From: a virus
Strand: one strand, 5' to 3'
Virus record (IMG/VR): IMGVR_UViG_3300045988_030912
Span: 1 to 46,689 of that record
DNA: 46,689 bases
Shown here piece by piece: positions 40,982-46,689 of the stretch (position 1 is its first letter; each line of letters opens with the position of its first letter). Under the pieces are notes generated by a model, which saw only the letters and a list, made by a program, of their open reading frames with translations, made no database searches and was not told the DNA's origin. Made by a program: the position numbers and the translations under genes.

Positions 40982-42364
40982 TCACTCCTGCTCACCTCCT
41001 TCATCGTCTGGCTCGAAGATCTCGGCGATGGCCTCCCTCGGGAGCTCCTTGCCTTGACGGACGCAGCGGACGTCAGTTTTGCCCGTGGTGCGGATGTAGC
41101 GCTTCACGATCACGTCGGTGAAGGCCGGCGTCAGCTCCATCAGGTAGGACGGCTGGCCCATCTTCTCGCAGGCGATCAGGGTGGTGCCGGATCCTCCGAA
41201 CAGGTCGACGACGCCGTGGGCCCACTCTGTATTGTCGAGCAGCTTCTCAATGATCTCGACCGGCTTCTGCGTGGGGTGCAGCTCGTTCCCTGTTCTGGTA
41301 CACTCGAGCACGTTGCCGTAGCCCTTGTGGTTGTCGAACTTCGGCTTCGTGCGGTGTGCGAACATGACGAGCTCGTGCTGTGTCCTCCAGCCGACGCCCA
41401 TGCCCGGGCTTTTCTTATTCCATACGATCATATTTTTCACGCCGAGGCCGTTGCTCTCCACGATGTCGAACAGGTAGACCCACATTCGCCAGTCGGTGAA
41501 GATGTAGGCCACGAGGATCGGCAGGTCTTGGATCATCGCCTTCATGAGCGCCTGATACCCGCGGGTGCTGAGCGTGTCGTTGGCGATGGTCGGCAGGTTT
41601 CCGTCGACCCGGTCGGTGCCGATGCTTCCCGCGCTGCGCCCGCTTTCTTGGAAGCCGCCGGAGCAGTAGGGTGGATCGGTTACGAGGATCTCCGGCGTGG
41701 CGCCGTTCAGCAGCAGCGCCCGGTCGTTTGCGTTGGTGCAGTCGCCGCACACGACGCGGTGCTTGCCGAGGATCCACAGATCCCCGCGCTGCGTCACGGG
41801 TGCGGCCGGTGGCTCGATGACCGCGTCGGGCTCAGCGAGCTCCTGCCGGTGGATGGCTTCAGAGAGGGCCGTCACGATGTTGCCGTATTCCTCCTCGGTA
41901 TAGCCGGAGAGCAGGAAGGGGATCTCGCCGGTGTCGATGTCGGCAAATACTTCGGCGAGCAGCTTGTTGTCGGTGGTGGCGAGCTCGGCGATGCGGTTGT
42001 CGGCGGTCAGGTCGGCCAGCTCCTCGGCCTCGCTGGCATAGTTTTGGTAGTCGACCGGCACCTCGGTCAGATCTTCGAGCTCGGCGGCCATGAGACGGCC
42101 GTGGCCCTTCACGATCAGGCCCGAGCGGGTGCTGACGGTGATCGGCCCGCGCCAGCCGGTTGCCCGGATGATGGCGCCGAGGGCCTTGATCTGCTCCGGC
42201 GGGTGCTGGTTTGGGTTTTTGGGGTTGGGCTGGAGGTCTTTGGTCGGGACGATGGCGTCGTGAGCACAGAACACAGGGACGCCTCCGGCCTGCGCCTTCG
42301 GCGTTGCTGTCGTTGTGTACTCGGCCAGCCCGGGGCCTCCCTGCGGCTGCTTATCTCTTGCCAT
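40982..42364 (-). CDS. ParB-like nuclease domain fused to an N4/N6 DNA methyltransferase
   Basis: N-terminal LQPNPKNPNQHPPEQIKALGAIIRATGWRGPI...KGHGRLMAA (ParB/Srx). C-terminal ILVTDPPYCSG and VVDLFGGSGTTLIACEKMG. Confidence 0.85.
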   Translation of the reverse strand: MARDKQPQGGPGLAEYTTTATPKAQAGGVPVFCAHDAIVPTKDLQPNPKNPNQHPPEQIKALGAIIRATGWRGPITVSTRSGLIVKGHGRLMAAELEDLTEVPVDYQNYASEAEELADLTADNRIAELATTDNKLLAEVFADIDTGEIPFLLSGYTEEEYGNIVTALSEAIHRQELAEPDAVIEPPAAPVTQRGDLWILGKHRVVCGDCTNANDRALLLNGATPEILVTDPPYCSGGFQESGRSAGSIGTDRVDGNLPTIANDTLSTRGYQALMKAMIQDLPILVAYIFTDWRMWVYLFDIVESNGLGVKNMIVWNKKSPGMGVGWRTQHELVMFAHRTKPKFDNHKGYGNVLECTRTGNELHPTQKPVEIIEKLLDNTEWAHGVVDLFGGSGTTLIACEKMGQPSYLMELTPAFTDVIVKRYIRTTGKTDVRCVRQGKELPREAIAEIFEPDDEGGEQE

Positions 42365-42620
42365 CTGCTCGACCTCCTCTCTTGAAGTTTCCGGCCTGCG
42401 GGCAGGTGGCCCAGTGCGGCCGGTATCCTGCGTCGGTGGCGTCTGCCCCGGCGACGATCTCGCAGCTTATGACCTCGCCCCGGAGGGTGACGATCTTCTC
42501 CTTGCCTCCGGGCGCGGGCTTGTAGTAGACCGGCGAGGGATCGCAGGGCATGGCCTTCCCGGTCGGCGTCTTTATCCATACGATCGGGGCTCCACAGCCC
42601 CGGCAGGTTGCTTTATTCAC
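42351..42620 (-). CDS. Small zinc-ribbon protein (89 aa, GTG start)
   Basis: GGAAGGAGG lies 8 nt upstream. Translation begins NKATCRGCGAPIVWIKTPTGKAMPCDP...HWATCPQ. Confidence 0.6.
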   Translation of the reverse strand: MNKATCRGCGAPIVWIKTPTGKAMPCDPSPVYYKPAPGGKEKIVTLRGEVISCEIVAGADATDAGYRPHWATCPQAGNFKRGGRADGKR

Positions 42621-42925
42621 AGCGGGCCCCTCCTTCCTGCCATCATGAGGCGGGACTCCAGCCGCCTGAGCTTGGCGTCCTCGACGTCGGCGCCGGTCTG
42701 ACCGAGCATAATGCGGAGCTGGTCGAGCATGATCTGGACGTCGGCGACTTCCTCGACCGCGTTCTCGATGGCAGCGGCCAGCTCCGGGCCTGCCTGCGCC
42801 CTCTTGACCTTGCACAGGGCCTTGGTGAGCTCGGCCATCTCCTCGACGGCCATGTCGATTTGAGCGGGCTCGCCCCACGTCTTGATCGCCGTCGCGAGGA
42901 TCTCCTGTCGTTGTTCTCTGGTCAC
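42617..42925 (-). CDS. MazG-like nucleotide pyrophosphohydrolase (putative; GTG start)
   Basis: EExxE/EExxD motifs (AVEEMAELTKA, VEEVADVQIML). GTGA overlap with the upstream gene. Confidence 0.55.
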   Translation of the reverse strand: MTREQRQEILATAIKTWGEPAQIDMAVEEMAELTKALCKVKRAQAGPELAAAIENAVEEVADVQIMLDQLRIMLGQTGADVEDAKLRRLESRLMMAGRRGPL

Positions 42926-43281
42926 TGGTGTCTGGCCCTCCTCTCGGCTTGTTTGAAGAAGGCGATCCGGCGCTTCAGGTCGACGTTGCTCTCGCCGGGC
43001 TGGCGCTCGATGCCATACTTGGCGGCCTCGGCGTCGATGCCGGCGGCGTGGGCTGCCGCCTTCTGGTTGCGCTGCACCTGCTCGCTGGTGGCCTTCACCA
43101 GCACCACGACGAGGGTGAGCAGCAGGATCACGAGCACGATGGCGGCGGGGATCCAGATCGGGGCCAGTACCCACAGCCAGCTCCACTCGATGACGCCGGT
43201 GAGCTTCAGAACTATAAAGGCCACGGCCAGCAGGCTCAGGAAAATGTTGCCGCCGGCGGCGCTGTTTTTGTTGTCTTTCAT
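42922..43281 (-). CDS. Membrane protein (3 TM) with a basic C-terminal tail
   Basis: IFLSLLAVAFIVLKL, WLWVLAPIWIPAAIVLVILLLTLVVVLV. Confidence 0.65.
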   Translation of the reverse strand: MKDNKNSAAGGNIFLSLLAVAFIVLKLTGVIEWSWLWVLAPIWIPAAIVLVILLLTLVVVLVKATSEQVQRNQKAAAHAAGIDAEAAKYGIERQPGESNVDLKRRIAFFKQAERRARHQ

Positions 43282-43338
43282 GGTCGTTTCCTCCTTCCAC
43301 GAATGGCCGAGCGGGGATGGCCCGCCCGGCCTTTTCGG

Positions 43339-44052
43339 TTACTGCATGACGACGACCTTGCCGGCCTCGATCAGGTCGGCCAGTTGCGTCTCGAAGTATT
43401 TGGCGATGTTTCTCTTGGCTTCCAGCTTCCAGATGCCGCCGTCTGCCTCGAAGAAGCCGATGCCCTCCTCGGCGTCCACGCGGATCAGGAACTCGCTCTC
43501 GGGCTGCTCCACCTCGAGGAAGGTGCGGAAGGGCCGGAGCATGACGCGGGGCTTGACGTCGACCATCACATTGAGGCTGACGCCCTGCTTGGCTTCCACC
43601 TGCTGCGTGACGCCGTTGTCCCGGGTGGTGACGCTGTTCTCGTCCGTCATCCGGCTGAGCAGGTCGAGCAGGTACGCGGTGCCCTCACCCGGGATGAACA
43701 GGCTGCGCAGCTCGATCAGGGCGACCTCACGGCCCCTGAAGCCGGTGCGCAGGCCGGGCGCGTCCGCTCTGGCCCGGTAGAGCATATTGCGGGAGAAGTC
43801 CGGCTGGTAGGTGGTCATGACCTCGACCTCGTTGTGGGCCTTGGCCTGCACCATGACGACGGTGTCGAGCTTGGCGAGCTCGGTGCGGATCAGCTTGCAG
43901 ATGCCGTCCAGACCGCTGACCTCGATGCAGGCGGGGCGGTCGACGTGGGGCGGGATCCGGGTGAGGGCGGCGTCGGCGTAGGTCTGGCCGCCGATCTCGA
44001 AGGTCTTGGTCTCCTTCAGGCTGACGATCTTGTCAATCATTTTTGCGAGCAT
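43339..44052 (-). CDS. Hypothetical protein (237 aa)
   Basis: Clean ORF with typical composition. No motif recognised. Confidence 0.65.
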   Translation of the reverse strand: MLAKMIDKIVSLKETKTFEIGGQTYADAALTRIPPHVDRPACIEVSGLDGICKLIRTELAKLDTVVMVQAKAHNEVEVMTTYQPDFSRNMLYRARADAPGLRTGFRGREVALIELRSLFIPGEGTAYLLDLLSRMTDENSVTTRDNGVTQQVEAKQGVSLNVMVDVKPRVMLRPFRTFLEVEQPESEFLIRVDAEEGIGFFEADGGIWKLEAKRNIAKYFETQLADLIEAGKVVVMQ

Positions 44053-44074
44053 TGTGCGTTCCTCCTTGTATTTG

Positions 44075-44440
44075 TTAGCTGGTGGCGAGCAGCTTCAGGA
44101 TCTTCGGCTGCTCCTGCTGTGTGCCGTCCATCTTCATCTGTCCGGGGATCTGCGGCACCATCTCGGCGACGATCATCTCTCCGTTTCCGTCGCTGGTGAT
44201 GCAGAGGGAAGTCGCGACGGGGTTGGTGGCGGCGAGGGTCGACTTGGCCGTCACGGCGACTTGGATGCGCTGGCGCTCGTCGTCCGGCGTCAGCTCAATG
44301 GTGAGGGTGATCTTGCGCTTCGCGGTGGCCTTGGTGTTACGGTCGAGGATGTTGTCGATCACGCGGGTCATCTCGTAGTCGACGCGCTCCTCGAAGGCGC
44401 CCTTCGCCATCTGGAGGATGCTGTTGCGGGTTTCGTTCAT
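44075..44440 (-). CDS. Hypothetical protein (121 aa)
   Basis: Clean ORF. No motif recognised. Confidence 0.6.
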   Translation of the reverse strand: MNETRNSILQMAKGAFEERVDYEMTRVIDNILDRNTKATAKRKITLTIELTPDDERQRIQVAVTAKSTLAATNPVATSLCITSDGNGEMIVAEMVPQIPGQMKMDGTQQEQPKILKLLATS

Positions 44441-44443
44441 GGT

Positions 44444-44728
44444 CTACTCCTTTCTGGCCCATACGGCCTCGGTTGCGTCCGATCGGGTGGCCTTCCTGCG
44501 GCCGACCGTCACGAGGACGCCGATGTCCTTCAGCTCGGTGAGCCTCGGGGCGACATAGTTGCGGTTGAAGTACGGGATCTTTCCGGCTGCGACCAGCTCC
44601 TCGGTGATCTCGCTGGCCGTCATCTGACGGCTGCCGAGGGTCTCGAGGATCAGGCGGCAGCGCTTCCCGCGCTTCGGGAGTATGGCGTCATAGCTCTGGC
44701 GCCGGGTTGCTCTGGTGGTGCTGTCCAT
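44444..44728 (-). CDS. Winged-helix (MarR/ArsR-like) DNA-binding protein
   Basis: RLILETLGSRQMTASEITEELVAAGKIPYFNRNYVAPRLTELKDIGVL. Confidence 0.6.
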   Translation of the reverse strand: MDSTTRATRRQSYDAILPKRGKRCRLILETLGSRQMTASEITEELVAAGKIPYFNRNYVAPRLTELKDIGVLVTVGRRKATRSDATEAVWARKE

Positions 44729-45305
44729 CGTTGGCCTCCTTTCCGATTTCTGCGGCCGGATCCGGCACCTCGTTTCCCCACGAGTCCCATCCGGGCGCGG
44801 TCTCTCTGGCGAAAAGCTCGATCCGGGGCAGGTCGCCCATGAGCTCGACGATCCTGTCGCGGGTCTCGTCCGGCTTGCGGCTGTGCTGCTGGAGCGGGCT
44901 GAGGATGACGCTGTGGACGCCGGCGCTCACGCGCTTCGGTTTGCCCTTGACGGCCAGCAGGCAGATCTCTGAATTGCTGCGCGTCCAGTTGCCGAGGCCC
45001 ATAAACAGGCCGGCGCCGCTTTTGTTCTGCTTCACCCAGTTGAAGGCGACGGTCTTGTAGGTGAAGCCCCACGCCTCGATGACCTCGAGGGCCTCCTTCA
45101 GCATGGGGAAGGTCGCCCACATAAAGAGGGCGCAGTCATCGTCGGCAATACCCCCCCCCGCAGCTCCGACGGCCATTTTCTTGATGTCCTCGACCGTCAT
45201 GACGTCGTAGTGCTTCGATGCTGCTGCGCGGGTGCCCCTGTTCTGGTAGCCCCACGGGGGATCTGCGTAGATGACGCTGTACTTCTTCTCGGGGAGCGGG
45301 ATCAT
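44688..45305 (-). CDS. MT-A70-family N6-adenine DNA methyltransferase (contains an in-frame G9 tract)
   Basis: ATG at 45305 with AAGGAGG upstream. YSVIYADPPWGY (DPPW) and ...HSRKPDE... The C9 run at 45151-45159 encodes AAGGGI. Confidence 0.85.
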   Translation of the reverse strand: MIPLPEKKYSVIYADPPWGYQNRGTRAAASKHYDVMTVEDIKKMAVGAAGGGIADDDCALFMWATFPMLKEALEVIEAWGFTYKTVAFNWVKQNKSGAGLFMGLGNWTRSNSEICLLAVKGKPKRVSAGVHSVILSPLQQHSRKPDETRDRIVELMGDLPRIELFARETAPGWDSWGNEVPDPAAEIGKEANDGQHHQSNPAPEL

Positions 45306-45499
45306 GGCGCACCTCCTTGCTCTATCCTGAGCTCCTTCTTCGCCTTGGAGATCAGCCACGCCCTGATGCACTTCTCGCAGGTGTCCTCGCCGACGTAGAC
45401 GCGCCGGCAGCTCGTGACCGACTCATAGCGGCACAGGCCGGCGGCCTGCATGACCTTGGCGGCGATCTTCAGCGCTCTGGTCTCGACGGTGTCCTTCAC
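45302..45499 (-). CDS. Small Cys-containing protein (65 aa, GTG start)
   Basis: GAGGAGG lies 7 nt upstream. GTGA overlap with the RecU-like gene. ...CRYESVTSCRRVYVGEDTCEKC... Confidence 0.5.
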   Translation of the reverse strand: MKDTVETRALKIAAKVMQAAGLCRYESVTSCRRVYVGEDTCEKCIRAWLISKAKKELRIEQGGAP

Positions 45500-46095
45500 A
45501 GCGTCACCTCCTCGATGCCGTGCAGCAGCTTGATGTAGCCGGCCACGGCGGGCACCTCGTAGGGCTCGAGGTCGACCGGCCTGACGTACTTGCGGCCGAA
45601 GGTGTCGGCCATGTCGCGCCAGACGGGCCACGGCACCCGGTAGAAGTCGCACAGGCTGAAGCTGACGAGGACGAAGGCGAGGGCGCCGAGCCTGTGATGG
45701 GCTTCGAGGTCGTCCTGCTGCTCCTTGGTGAGGCGGCGCTGCTCGATGCGGTCGTCGTCGGTGTGCTTGGCCTCGAAGTAGATGCTCCGGCCGCCCTTCA
45801 GGGTGCCGCCATAGTCCGGCTGCGCCTGTTTGGTGTAGCAGGCGAGGAACTGGCCCTTCTTGTTTTTCGCCCCGAGGGGCTTCATGGGCTCGGGCGTCTT
45901 TTCGATCTTGGCGAGCCCGCGGTCGCGGTAGTAGTCGCAAGCGGCCGAGATCATGTTCTCGAAGTGCTCGCCGGCGACCTTGGCCCTGCGGCCGGCGATC
46001 TGCGCCCTCATGCGGCGCTCGGCCTCGTAGGGTGTCGGGTCGTTGTAGCCCTCGGCGTTTTTGCGGGGGTTGTAGTTATTAGCCACTGACGTCAC
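45496..46095 (-). CDS. RecU-like Holliday-junction resolvase
   Basis: QPDYGGTLKGGRSIYFEAKHTDDDRI...LEAHHRLGALAFVLV resembles the RecU catalytic-core pattern. Confidence 0.7.
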   Translation of the reverse strand: MTSVANNYNPRKNAEGYNDPTPYEAERRMRAQIAGRRAKVAGEHFENMISAACDYYRDRGLAKIEKTPEPMKPLGAKNKKGQFLACYTKQAQPDYGGTLKGGRSIYFEAKHTDDDRIEQRRLTKEQQDDLEAHHRLGALAFVLVSFSLCDFYRVPWPVWRDMADTFGRKYVRPVDLEPYEVPAVAGYIKLLHGIEEVTL

Positions 46096-46621
46096 CTCCC
46101 GGGCCGACCTCGAAGTGAGTCCCGGGATCCATTCTCAGGCGGTCGGCGAGGTCGAGGATGATGCTGCCGTCCAGCTCGATGCTGAGCGGGCCGTGGTCGA
46201 GGTGCTGATTGCAGACCGCCATCGCCCTGAAGGCAGGGATGTGGATGGTCACGCTGCCGACCTCGGCCGGCTCCTCGTCAGGCTCGGGATCGGGTGCGCC
46301 GATCTCGGTGATAGCCCTGAAGCCATTGACCACAGGGATCCCGGCCGCCTTGGCGACCTCGATCTCCGCAGCCATGCCGGCAGAGGGGTGGTCGAGCCCG
46401 AAGGCCCACAGCTCGGAGCACATGAGCACCAGCTCGCGGCCCATGCTCAGGGCCAGCTCGCGCTCGGCCGGGATGGTGTCGTCCATGAACTGCGTGAGGA
46501 AGATGTGCGGGGTGATCGGGATGCAGCCCCTCATAGCTGCGGCCCTGCTGTACTCCTTGGCCCGCTGGATGTTGTTCTCGTAGTCCCCGCGGCAGGGGGA
46601 GCAGATATAAACCTTCTTCAT
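46079..46621 (-). CDS. DUF4406 / nucleoside 2-deoxyribosyltransferase-like protein with a C-terminal extension
   Basis: MKKVYICSPCRGDYENNIQRAKEYSRAAAMRGCIPITPHIF...ELWAFG...SAGMAAEIEVAKAAGIPV. Confidence 0.6.
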   Translation of the reverse strand: MKKVYICSPCRGDYENNIQRAKEYSRAAAMRGCIPITPHIFLTQFMDDTIPAERELALSMGRELVLMCSELWAFGLDHPSAGMAAEIEVAKAAGIPVVNGFRAITEIGAPDPEPDEEPAEVGSVTIHIPAFRAMAVCNQHLDHGPLSIELDGSIILDLADRLRMDPGTHFEVGPGGDVSG

Positions 46622-46630
46622 GTCGTCCTC

Positions 46631-46689
46631 CTATTTCTGGCGCCAGCTCTCGCCGGTGAGGGTGATCCCTCTGCACATTTCCATGAGCC
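46631..46689 (-). CDS. 3' end (including the TAG stop) of the DnaC-like gene that continues at window position 56 onward across the circular junction
   Basis: ...LMEMCRGITLTGESWRQK* reads through the 55-nt overlap. The TAG is at 46631-46633. Confidence 0.8.
   Translation of the reverse strand, partial: LMEMCRGITLTGESWRQK
46635..46689. repeat. Terminal overlap copy 2, identical to 1..55
   Basis: 55/55 identity with the window start. Confidence 0.95.

Noticed and set aside
1-46689. tRNA, rRNA and CRISPR arrays
   Set aside because: While reading the intergenic regions I noticed no cloverleaf-compatible 70-90-nt segments and no regularly spaced repeats. The intergenic space is small and is accounted for by promoters and terminators. 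A tRNA scan is still advisable.

Overview
The window is a complete, circularly closed genome of about 46.63 kb. The first 55 nt are identical to the last 55 nt. It belongs to a temperate contractile-tailed phage or prophage of a high-GC host (roughly 60-65% GC by eye). Strong AGGAGG ribosome-binding sites and SleB, LL-H holin, RecU and DUF1492-like genes suggest a Firmicutes/Clostridia-like host. All genes but one lie on the minus strand.

Gene order in the direction of transcription (descending coordinates):
- Replication and recombination genes, which wrap across the window edge: DnaC-like loader, DnaD-like organiser, SSB, Erf, Gam-like.
- An early and DNA-modification block: three DNA methyltransferases, a PAPS-reductase-like protein, MazG-like, RecU, a DnaQ-like exonuclease.
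- A lysogeny/regulatory island at 8.6-11.6 kb: two XRE repressors, an IS30-family DDE recombinase, consensus promoters, and the only plus-strand gene.
- A lambda-like packaging and head module: Nu1-like TerS, GpA-like TerL, gpW, portal, ClpP-type protease/scaffold, decoration protein, capsid protein E.
- A P2-like contractile tail and baseplate: sheath, tube, frameshifted chaperone, tape measure, X, D, V, W, J, I, fibres.
- A lysis cassette: holins and a multidomain endolysin.

The main discovery is a complete diversity-generating retroelement (DGR), ordered avd - template repeat - spacer - reverse transcriptase. It has two variable repeats.
- VR1 sits inside an adjacent 569-aa tail-module protein.
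- VR2 sits about 13.4 kb away, inside a 230-aa protein embedded in the early, non-structural gene block.
- Every TR/VR mismatch inside the homology falls on a template adenine.

Other points of interest:
- G8 and G9 homopolymers lie inside two methyltransferase genes. One gene is frameshifted, and G9 would restore it.
- An IS30-type DDE enzyme is the only recombinase present.
- Face-to-face consensus promoters surround a 38-aa ORF.
- A 131-nt adenine-free tract lies upstream of terS and may be part of a cos region.
- The receptor-binding end of a collagen-like fibre gene is a low-GC mosaic.
- The tail chaperone carries an AAATTTT -1 frameshift site.

All functional calls rest on motif recognition by eye. 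No database search was possible.
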